Of a stretch of DNA of 53,052 nt, positions 33,304 to 41,453 are shown piece after piece; the stretch's first letter is position 1; every line of letters starts with the position of its first letter. The translations under genes and the position numbers were made by a program. Location: positions 1 to 53,052 of the forward strand of contig RFTN01000005.1 in NCBI GenBank assembly GCA_009923445.1, given 5' to 3'. The notes beneath the pieces were generated by a model, which saw nothing but the letters and a program-made list of their open reading frames with translations, had not been told where the DNA came from and ran no database searches. This stretch comes from a bacterium (GTDB lineage: Bacteria; Patescibacteriota; Saccharimonadia; Saccharimonadales; SZUA-47).

Positions 33304-33654
33304 TTAGTTATTATTTACAATATCTAACAGAGTTAAGTCAATAAGCTTCATTATGCGAAATGTTTCACGTAAATTGTTTGTATTACACTTTTTAAAAAAT
33401 AAGCTAATGTCTTCACTAATTACGTCGTATTCACCAAATTCAATATGTGTTAGATACCTGTTGTATCGCAATATGGCCTTGCGTATAAGGTCACGTACAT
33501 GAGATTCACTTGTAAACCTCGCCCTTGCACCCTCCTCCAACAACTCTAGTTCTTCCTCTTTTGTATACCAGTTTACACCCTTGAGCAAGTCTGTTATGAC
33601 TTGAACGTCTGTTTGCTTCATTTGAATAGATGTTTGTATGTCTGTTGACTGCAT
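33304..33654 (-). CDS. Hypothetical protein
   Basis: 116-aa ATG ORF. Confidence 0.65.
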   Translation of the reverse strand: MQSTDIQTSIQMKQTDVQVITDLLKGVNWYTKEEELELLEEGARARFTSESHVRDLIRKAILRYNRYLTHIEFGEYDVISEDISLFFKKCNTNNLRETFRIMKLIDLTLLDIVNNN

Positions 33655-33702
33655 TTAAAAATAAGAAAAGTCGCTTTAGATTTCACTTTTTTTTGTACAC
33701 AG

Positions 33703-35289
33703 TTAGACATTGTCGCATTCAAGTTTTACATTACAGATGTGTATGTAGCAGTTCCAATCAAGTGTAATGTTCATTTTTTGTGTTAGTTTACCGATAATAT
33801 CCTTGCGGTGCTCTAAAAATTGTCGTCTTTGAATGAGCGGAACACGCCCTTTAGCAGCTTGTCTGTTCAAATTACTTAATATGGAAATTTCATCTATTGG
33901 GTCACTGAATTTGCAGGTATCATACGATTCCCAAATAGTATTTAGGTCTTTTTTGTATTTGTTCAAGATTTGTACTGTTTCAGGTGGTGCATCATCAAGA
34001 ATGTACACCCCTTTTGATATATCTGATGCAATGGCCCTAGCAATGGCTGCATCCGTTCTTGACAAAGTTGTGGCCATTCTTCGCAACTTAAGAGAGTATC
34101 TATATTGAAGTAATTGTGCATCAAGTGTAATAAGTTTGTTTTTAATATTTTCTCTTGAAGCTTGCAAACGCTTCTGAAATGACTCTGATAACGTTGTTTT
34201 TTGTAACTCACTATTTGCATAACTCAACTCTTTTCTTAAGACATCAGCGCTACGAATACCGGACATATGACCCACAAATGGTGCTTTTGGTGTCAGGGCC
34301 AACATCTGAAATGTGGTCTTTTGTTCTTTTGTGTCATCCCCATAAATACACTTGTATGCTCTACTTGCTACGAGCTGCAAGACTTTTAATGGATCTTTTT
34401 CTCGAACACCTGATTCTATCCTTTGCGACGTTTCATCGTCTAACTCACCTTGAAGAAATACAGAATCTAAAAGCATGTTGAGTTTAGGTGACACAAAGTA
34501 CCTTCCAAATTCAGATCTATTTGAACTTAATTTCTTTAAAAATACATCAAAGGAAATATCAAAGTATCTCGATAATTTCAAGCAATTGTACAACACACAT
34601 ACAAGTACATACTTGAAATCTTGTGTCTTGATCTGAATATTTCGTTCCGCAGTATGTTGCTTGACTTGTTCAATAACAGTTTTACTGTCTAATACACAAC
34701 CATATGAATCTGATAGTATCTTTTTTAATTGTGATATTATATATTGATCCTCTTTTGATAACTCCGGCTTCAACAATGTCCTTAGTGTATCACTATAAGA
34801 AACAGTCAATTCTGCGTGTTCGTCGTCCTTTGCCGCGCCTTCGTGGTCCTGTGCTGCGTCCTCGTGGTCCTGTGCTGCGTCCTCGTGGTCTTGTGCGGTA
34901 GCACATTTTGTTAATGTATCTGTAGCAAAAACAAAATCTTCTGCTTCAACTTCGTCTTGGCATTGGTCTTGGCATTGGTCTTGGTATTGGTTTTGGCTGT
35001 GGTACACGATGTCTTTTAAGCAAATTGATATTAAGATTGAGCCACTTGTATCAACTTTTAGTAATGCCTTTTCAAGAATAGTTTGCACATACCGACCTTC
35101 AAGTCCTTTGTGTGGTCCTCGCACACATTTAATGCGTGCACCTTTTCTAGAACATTGCTTTATTGGTACATATACACATTTAGATGTATCATCCTTTATG
35201 ACATACATTTCTGGTGTCGTATCCACCACAAATGCATTGTATCCTTTGTATTCACCAGCTTGTATAATTACGTAATTGTTTAAACTCAT
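33703..35289 (-). CDS. Hypothetical protein with two N-terminal KOW-like motifs and acidic tandem repeats
   Basis: It has VIIQAGEYKGYNAFVVD and IKCVRGPHKGLEGRYVQ (KOW-like), plus the repeats QDQCQDQCQD and AQDHEDAAQDHEDAAQDHEGAA. I prefer the ATG at 35289 because the upstream ATG at 35376 would overlap the preceding gene by 50 nt. Confidence 0.7.
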   Translation of the reverse strand: MSLNNYVIIQAGEYKGYNAFVVDTTPEMYVIKDDTSKCVYVPIKQCSRKGARIKCVRGPHKGLEGRYVQTILEKALLKVDTSGSILISICLKDIVYHSQNQYQDQCQDQCQDEVEAEDFVFATDTLTKCATAQDHEDAAQDHEDAAQDHEGAAKDDEHAELTVSYSDTLRTLLKPELSKEDQYIISQLKKILSDSYGCVLDSKTVIEQVKQHTAERNIQIKTQDFKYVLVCVLYNCLKLSRYFDISFDVFLKKLSSNRSEFGRYFVSPKLNMLLDSVFLQGELDDETSQRIESGVREKDPLKVLQLVASRAYKCIYGDDTKEQKTTFQMLALTPKAPFVGHMSGIRSADVLRKELSYANSELQKTTLSESFQKRLQASRENIKNKLITLDAQLLQYRYSLKLRRMATTLSRTDAAIARAIASDISKGVYILDDAPPETVQILNKYKKDLNTIWESYDTCKFSDPIDEISILSNLNRQAAKGRVPLIQRRQFLEHRKDIIGKLTQKMNITLDWNCYIHICNVKLECDNV

Positions 35290-35326
35290 TTCACATTTAT
35301 GTAATTTGTGTTTTAAATTCAATTTT

Positions 35327-36394
35327 TTATGCAGGAATTTTGCCTCGTTTTCTAAGACGTGCAAAGGCCTTTTCATCTTTACGATCTTCGTATTTGTTCT
35401 TTATATCTGTAATTTTGGCTTTTGATGCAGATATCTTAGCAGCTACACCCGCTTTAGTTTTCTTAATACCTGAGCTCACACTTGCTTTGGCCTTTTTAGC
35501 ACTTGACCTTATATTTGTCTTGGCCTTTTTATACCCAGAACTGATCCCTGTACCTGCTTTTCTCATTTTTTCTTTAGCCTTGTCCAAACTTGCGCGAATC
35601 CTAAGTGAAGCTACAGAAGGTGGACGCGACAAGGAGTCTGTTGATTGTGATTGAGAATCTAGAGAATTTACAGAAGAAGCTACGGAAGGTGAAGGCGACT
35701 TTCTTTTAATAGCAGAAGCAGCTTTTGCTGTGGTCTTGGCTGCGTTCTTGAGAATGGCTTTCATCTTGTCCTTTGTTGCAATCATCTTCTTTTTGGCAGA
35801 AGCCATCTTTCCCTTCATCGCCTCACGACGAGAAACAGATCCATTAACAGACATGGAATCAACCTTTGCCTTTAGCTCCATGAAATCGCGTTTCAATTGT
35901 GCAAACTCGGCCTCAAGAGCTTCTGTTGCACCTCCGTACATGTTCAATAAAGTTCCCATTCCACGCATTCGGTACTTTGACTTGATTCTTTTTGACCCAC
36001 GTTTCTTTGTTTTTGAAGCGTTCTTAAGAGATTTCCTCATGCTACCGTAAGTGGAACTTTTTTTGTGGTGCTTACCGCTGTGGTGCTTACCGCTGTGGTG
36101 CTTACCGCTGTGTTTTTTTGCACTTGATCCTCCTGTGTGGTGTTTGGCGTGGCGTTTGGCACTGTGGCGTTTGGCACTGTGGCGTTTGACACTGTGGCGT
36201 TTGACACTGTGGCGTTTGACACTGTGGCGTTTGACACTGTGGTGTCCCCTCTTCTTATGAGAAGAACCTCCTGCGTGTTTAGCACTGTGTCTTTTAGCAC
36301 TGTGTTTTTTCGCGCTGTGCTTTTTAGCACTGTGTCTTTTAGCACTGTGTTTTTTAGCACTTTTGTACTTTGGAGAATACTTTCCACCAAGCAT
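35327..36394 (-). CDS. Extremely basic His/Lys pentapeptide-repeat protein with a histone-H1-like Lys/Ala/Ser-rich C-terminal half
   Basis: 355 aa with (K/R)HS(A/V/G)K repeated about 20 times (SAKKHSAKRHSAKKHSAK..., HSVKRHSVKRHSVKRHSVK, HSGKHHSGKHHSGKHH), then ...AKKAKASVSSGIKKTKAGVAAKISASKAKI. Confidence 0.8.
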   Translation of the reverse strand: MLGGKYSPKYKSAKKHSAKRHSAKKHSAKKHSAKRHSAKHAGGSSHKKRGHHSVKRHSVKRHSVKRHSVKRHSAKRHSAKRHAKHHTGGSSAKKHSGKHHSGKHHSGKHHKKSSTYGSMRKSLKNASKTKKRGSKRIKSKYRMRGMGTLLNMYGGATEALEAEFAQLKRDFMELKAKVDSMSVNGSVSRREAMKGKMASAKKKMIATKDKMKAILKNAAKTTAKAASAIKRKSPSPSVASSVNSLDSQSQSTDSLSRPPSVASLRIRASLDKAKEKMRKAGTGISSGYKKAKTNIRSSAKKAKASVSSGIKKTKAGVAAKISASKAKITDIKNKYEDRKDEKAFARLRKRGKIPA

Positions 36395-36441
36395 TGCTTT
36401 TTATAATCTAATCCAGGAATTTTATAATTTCCTAAATGCAA

Positions 36442-36915
36442 TTAAATCCAGTTTAGTCGATTTCTTATTTCTAGACTTCTAGAAACTTTTTCAGCTGGGT
36501 CAAATGTCATTGTTAAGAGGGGATCATCCGTACGCACAAAGATAACATTACCATCACGTACGTTTACAAACAGTTTTCTAGAAAAGGCCAGTCGACTATT
36601 TATTATATCTGCATTCATTGTAAATGTATCACCTGATGCAGTCACATTATAAATCCTTGATACTTGTGTAGCTGTGTAGTCAGCATTGTTATTTAAAGCA
36701 TTTGACAAGTACACTTCCAGAGCTTTTCGATATTGCTGAGTATCCATGGCTACAGGCACACCCGGTGGAGATTCAGTCTGTAAGAGATTAGCACGCTTAA
36801 ATAACCCTTCCAACAATTCCGTCTCTTTTTTATACAGTTCCATAAATCTTTCTCGCGGAGGTTGAACACACATTACCAACACAACAAAAATCAAAATAAC
36901 AAACAACACATTCAT
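36442..36915 (-). CDS. Hypothetical protein with an N-terminal signal anchor
   Basis: The track start at 36948 is GTG and the first ATG is at 36915 (MNVLFVILIFVVLVMC...). Using it removes the overlap with the upstream gene. Confidence 0.65.
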   Translation of the reverse strand: MNVLFVILIFVVLVMCVQPPRERFMELYKKETELLEGLFKRANLLQTESPPGVPVAMDTQQYRKALEVYLSNALNNNADYTATQVSRIYNVTASGDTFTMNADIINSRLAFSRKLFVNVRDGNVIFVRTDDPLLTMTFDPAEKVSRSLEIRNRLNWI

Positions 36916-36940
36916 TTGATGTATGCCAATAGAATTGGTT

Positions 36941-37546
36941 TTACGCACAATTCATTTTCCCGGTAGTAAAGTCAATGCGTGAATTCGGTGGCTTTGGAAC
37001 TCGCATAAGCATGCTTTCACGTTCGGTCATCAAATCTTGAAGTCTTTTGTCAATTTCCGAACTCTTTTGCATTCCACCCTTGGAAAATTGCGTGACAGTT
37101 GCAGGAGGAGCCTCTTGAGGCGTATGAATAGGGGCTTCTGGATCGCTTAAAAATTTAAAGGATTGTGAAGCGCAATTATCGTTTTTTAGATTGGCATAGT
37201 TATCAGAAAAAGACCCCATCTCGTTTGGATTAAATGCCTGAAGCGACTTCTCCTCTTGTCCCTTTTTGATTTGATACTCGAGCCATTTAAAAGCCTCTTC
37301 TCCCGTTAATACATATTGACCAGAATCAACAACGATTGTCGGCACTTCACTTATCTTAAAGTCCAATGCCTTTTGCAGGTCGTAAAACATTTGTGGACGA
37401 TCTCCTGTAGACAAATCAATGTCAATATTAATCTTTACAAATTGCTGAAGAATCTCCGGGTGTTGTACAAGTAATGCTGCAAAATTTTGACAATATGTAC
37501 AAAAATCACTATATACCAACACAGGCTTCTCAAAAGTCGATTGCAT
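36941..37546 (-). CDS. Thioredoxin/glutaredoxin-fold protein (CxxC)
   Basis: 201 aa with PVLVYSDFCTYCQNFAALL near the N-terminus and VPTIVV further on. Confidence 0.65.
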   Translation of the reverse strand: MQSTFEKPVLVYSDFCTYCQNFAALLVQHPEILQQFVKINIDIDLSTGDRPQMFYDLQKALDFKISEVPTIVVDSGQYVLTGEEAFKWLEYQIKKGQEEKSLQAFNPNEMGSFSDNYANLKNDNCASQSFKFLSDPEAPIHTPQEAPPATVTQFSKGGMQKSSEIDKRLQDLMTERESMLMRVPKPPNSRIDFTTGKMNCA

Positions 37547-37632
37547 TTATTGATTCAGTTTCATTGAGTTTAAATACAATACAATTCGTTCGAGAGTTGT
37601 ATTCTTTTTAGAGGTAAAATTTAATTAACGTG

Positions 37633-40600
37633 ATGAGTGACATCCTTTTACGAGGCATCACTGTAGACTCGGGTAACTTGACGGTGCGCAATGGAACAGT
37701 GCAAGTAACAAACACAACCCCAAGCACTTTACTAACGGGGTCTCTTGTAGTCAACGGAGGTATTTCTATTTCAACTACCGAGGATGCTACTTCTATTTCA
37801 TCAGGTGGAGGTGTGACCGTGGCAGGTGGGTTAAGCACCCTAAAAAGCGTAATTATCGGATCCAACTTGGACCTTTCTAGTCCTATGGGTACAATGGCAG
37901 TGGAAGGTGTGTCGGAACGGCGTTTTTTTGTAGATACCACCGTACAGAAAAAGATCACGTTTAGTCCTGATGGTGTGAATTTGGCCATGAAAGTCCTCCC
38001 TGACACGGTGGCTATTTACTCAACAGCCGATTCGACGGGGAGTAGTACAGGAGCTCTTGTAATTGGCGGTGGACTTGGAGTAGCAAAAGACATTTGTGTA
38101 GGTGGCGATATAAATGTATCTGGATACACGTATGCATACGGATCTATTTACTTGGATACAACAGGTATATTGTCCACAAGCACATCCGGTGTTTCATTGT
38201 CAAGTCCTGTAGGCATTGTCATAGACTCGGATAAGTTGTCCGTTCAAGATAAAATGAACATTAGTGACACAGGAGTCGATGTGTACACGACGATGACATT
38301 ACACGACACGACGTGGTCATCTGGGAGCACAGGTAGTGTTGTTATTAGCGGAGGACTTACAGTGCTGTGTACAACAGACTCCTTTTCACCATCACAAGGA
38401 GGCGCGGTTACTATTCTTGGAGGTCTTGGAGTTCTTAAAAATGTAGATGTTTTGGGATCGGTCAAGGTAAACACAAATAATGACAATACATCCAAGTTAA
38501 TACTGCATTCTCAAGCAAATATTGGTACAACAAATGGAAATATTGTATGCATATCAGATGAACACATTTTTATGCATCCGAGTAGTACACGTCCAAGTGC
38601 CAAGTTCACAACAACTGGACTTGTTCTTGGAGAAACGTGCACATTAGTATCCAATACAACAGGTCTTACAATTACAAGTTCGCAATCAAATACCCTCTTG
38701 CACGTAGGAGATATGACTTTAGGTTATCTTGGACACACTAATGTAGTATCTTCTGGTAACGACTTGGTCATACAAAATGAATTGATTGTAACTACATCAG
38801 GAAACGTACATGTTCAAAGTCAATTTACATGTGATGGCAATGTCTACTTTACAGATACAACAAATGCAACAAGTTCAACTGAGGGTGGTGCAGTGGATGT
38901 GTTAGGAGGCATTGGTATTGCAAAGGATACCTACATTGGTGGCAAGGTAGTGCTCGGAGACGTGTGCACACTTGACCTATTTAATGATAATTTGTTAATT
39001 AGTACGAATGAAGACACTGGTGTAAAGGTATTCTCTAATGGCGGTTTAGTGTCTCCAAGGGACGTCGATTTAGAACTGTTTACTCTTGGGTTTGACAGGG
39101 GAAATACTAATTACTCAACACTACGTATCACAGGAGCGGGGTCTGGGGTTAATTGGGCAATCTCTTCAGACAGTGATGGAACTGGATCAAGAATGCGTAT
39201 CGACCTGCAGACGTCCACCACAGCCAGTGTCACGGTGTCTACAATGGGCAACGTAGGAATTAATACTACGTCACCTGATGCTACGTTGGATGTGAACGGT
39301 ACGTTGCGTTGTAATGGCCCAGTTTCATGTGTTGACACGACTGTTAGCACAATCAGTGCAGGCGCATTGAGTGTGACGGGCGGAGTCACCGTGCACTGCA
39401 CTACAAATGCAACTGGGTTGTCAAGTGGAGGTGGGGTAACTGTACAAGGAGGCGTGTCTGTGAACAAGGATGCCTACTTTGGTGGAGTTGTCACTTTTAC
39501 TGATTCGACACCTTCGACAAGTTACTTGACAGGTGCAGTGAATATCCGTGGAGGTCTGACAATTTCAGGAAACGCACCTGCTGGAAATGTAGGAAATGGT
39601 GGTGCGCTTACTGTTGCTGGAGGTGCGTCCATTGGAGGTGACTTATGGGTAGGTGGCGGCATCAATGGAAGTGGTAGTAGTAGCAGTAGTTACGCTTACC
39701 TCACGCTGACCGCAACGGACGAATCTGTCAACTTTACATCAGGTGCACTTGTTACATTTGGAGGGATTACGATTCAATGTTCTACAGATTCCACAAGCGT
39801 GACAAATGGTGGCAGTTTGCTAGTACGCGGCGGGGCAAGTTTTGGTGGTGGAGTGTATATTGAAGGTGACAATTTCCTTTACGGTACCCAAAATTACGTC
39901 ACAAAGTACTCTAGTACAATATTCAATGTATATGATAACTTGCGTTTCCTTAAATTTTCTGTCGACTCCAATCCTAATTTCTCCATTACTCGTTATGACT
40001 CCCTTGAACAACCTAAAGAAAGATCACTGGAAATCAACTCTGTCACAGGCGAGCTGACAATTGCTTCACCAGCTGTTAGTGTCACAGGAACAACCTCTTT
40101 TACTTGTACGCAAAATGCAAGCAATGTGTCCTCTGGAGGTGCGGTAACAGTTGTAGGAGGCTTAGCTATCAGCAAGGACACGTACATTGGCGGAGACCTA
40201 CGAGTTGTTTCCTCCACCGAGAGCCTCAACTGCAGTACAGGCGCTGTTATGGTTAGCGGAGGTGTAGGTATAGGTGGTGCGTTGAATGTACTTGGTAATA
40301 CAATCATAGGAGGAAATCTCACTGTCAATGGCACAACAACAAGTATACAAACAGTTGACACAGTGCTCAAAGACAACGTGATACTTCTTAATGCCGGTCC
40401 TGTTGGGTCACGTGACTCAGGTGTAGCAATACAACGCTATCAAATGGACAATGATGCAGGCGAGGGAGACGTTGTACAGCACACTGGAGGGCAGGCGTTT
40501 ACACTTCCTGATCAAACGGGCACACAGACAACCGAGGTGAAATTGGGAATAAGTGCAAGTTCTACAAACGACTACTACAATGGTTGGTGGATACGTGTAG

Positions 40601-41340
40601 CAAGCGGATTTAGCAACAATCAAACAAGAAAAGTTGTAAGTTACAATGGCACAACGCGTGTGGCTGGACTCAGTTCCGCGTGGACCTCACAAAATCCTGG
40701 AATTGGGGACGTGGTGATTTTGTACAACAAGCCTTATGTTGGTCTCACGTTTAACGAGCTATCTGATCGCTTTGAATTTGCAAGTTGTGCAACAGACTTT
40801 AAAACCCCTTCTACAGACTATCTTGACGTGTGTGTAAACAAGTTGTATGCGTCCGTTCTTGATGTTTCAAGTGGAGTTTCTGTGAGCGCGACATCAGACG
40901 CCACTTCAAGTACATATGGCGGTGCATTGACCGTTCTTGGTGGCGCGTCTGTTGCAAAAGGGATGTACATTGGTGGGGATCTAGTTGTTTCCGGGAAACC
41001 CATGACACCAAGCTCTGGAGACATATTTAAGACAACGCAATTTAATGCAACTAATGCCGCCACTTTACAAAATGTGAATGGGCTTATTTTCAATACGGAT
41101 GTATGGGGCTTTGACACATGGCTCTCTGCAAGACTTGTACTCTCAACAGGTACACTTGCTGCCCACTATCACATTCGCGGTGTAAACAAATCATCTTCTT
41201 TTGAAATAGTAACAACGTATGTTGGAGATGATTTAGGTATCGATTTTGCAATAACCAACCTTGGACAAATACAATACACAACTCCAAATTACACAGGGTT
41301 CGTGAGTATTCAATTTAAATTTAGGGCATTGTCTGTGTAA
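37633..41340 (+). CDS. Giant fibre-like beta-helix protein (paralogue of the 7801 and 19305 genes)
   Basis: 1235 aa from the first ATG (the track starts on GTG at 37630). It has more than 15 GG(L/I/V)(G/S/T)(V/I) turns (GGGLGVAKDICVGGDINV, LGGIGIAKDTYIGGKVVLG, SGGVGIGGALNVLGNTIIGGNLTVNG). It shares modules with 19305-23618: YAYLTLTATDESVNFTSGALVTFGGITI, VLKDNVILLNAGP, YYNGWWIRVASGFSNNQTRKVVSY. Confidence 0.85.
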   Translation: MSDILLRGITVDSGNLTVRNGTVQVTNTTPSTLLTGSLVVNGGISISTTEDATSISSGGGVTVAGGLSTLKSVIIGSNLDLSSPMGTMAVEGVSERRFFVDTTVQKKITFSPDGVNLAMKVLPDTVAIYSTADSTGSSTGALVIGGGLGVAKDICVGGDINVSGYTYAYGSIYLDTTGILSTSTSGVSLSSPVGIVIDSDKLSVQDKMNISDTGVDVYTTMTLHDTTWSSGSTGSVVISGGLTVLCTTDSFSPSQGGAVTILGGLGVLKNVDVLGSVKVNTNNDNTSKLILHSQANIGTTNGNIVCISDEHIFMHPSSTRPSAKFTTTGLVLGETCTLVSNTTGLTITSSQSNTLLHVGDMTLGYLGHTNVVSSGNDLVIQNELIVTTSGNVHVQSQFTCDGNVYFTDTTNATSSTEGGAVDVLGGIGIAKDTYIGGKVVLGDVCTLDLFNDNLLISTNEDTGVKVFSNGGLVSPRDVDLELFTLGFDRGNTNYSTLRITGAGSGVNWAISSDSDGTGSRMRIDLQTSTTASVTVSTMGNVGINTTSPDATLDVNGTLRCNGPVSCVDTTVSTISAGALSVTGGVTVHCTTNATGLSSGGGVTVQGGVSVNKDAYFGGVVTFTDSTPSTSYLTGAVNIRGGLTISGNAPAGNVGNGGALTVAGGASIGGDLWVGGGINGSGSSSSSYAYLTLTATDESVNFTSGALVTFGGITIQCSTDSTSVTNGGSLLVRGGASFGGGVYIEGDNFLYGTQNYVTKYSSTIFNVYDNLRFLKFSVDSNPNFSITRYDSLEQPKERSLEINSVTGELTIASPAVSVTGTTSFTCTQNASNVSSGGAVTVVGGLAISKDTYIGGDLRVVSSTESLNCSTGAVMVSGGVGIGGALNVLGNTIIGGNLTVNGTTTSIQTVDTVLKDNVILLNAGPVGSRDSGVAIQRYQMDNDAGEGDVVQHTGGQAFTLPDQTGTQTTEVKLGISASSTNDYYNGWWIRVASGFSNNQTRKVVSYNGTTRVAGLSSAWTSQNPGIGDVVILYNKPYVGLTFNELSDRFEFASCATDFKTPSTDYLDVCVNKLYASVLDVSSGVSVSATSDATSSTYGGALTVLGGASVAKGMYIGGDLVVSGKPMTPSSGDIFKTTQFNATNAATLQNVNGLIFNTDVWGFDTWLSARLVLSTGTLAAHYHIRGVNKSSSFEIVTTYVGDDLGIDFAITNLGQIQYTTPNYTGFVSIQFKFRALSV

Positions 41341-41419
41341 TGTGTGTATACAAATTACAATGCACATGTATCTGCAGAAAAGAAGTTCAGACAACTTTGA
41401 CAGAGCAAACTTGGTCTTA

Positions 41420-41444
41420 TTATTTGTTCTATAGACACAAATAA
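41420..41444. terminator. Hairpin TTATTTGT-(9 nt)-ACAAATAA in a convergent intergenic region
   Basis: 8-bp perfect stem between the stops of the 37633-41340 (+) and 41454-43247 (-) genes. Confidence 0.3.
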
Positions 41445-41453
41445 GAAAACTGA

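Noticed and set aside
35319-35328. The mimivirus-type early promoter octamer AAAATTGA considered as the general promoter of this genome.
   Set aside because: I found only one clear upstream occurrence (before the 35289 start). Other upstream regions carry different A/T-rich boxes, so it cannot be called a general motif from this window.
35340-36441. Multiple overlapping ORFs in all frames (35340-35654 +, 35730-36050 +, 36051-36260 +, 36137-36406 +, 36037-36441 -).
   Set aside because: They are artefacts of the 15-nt tandem repeat, which is open in several frames. Only the 355-aa minus-strand frame runs from an ATG through both the repeat and the non-repetitive C-terminal half.
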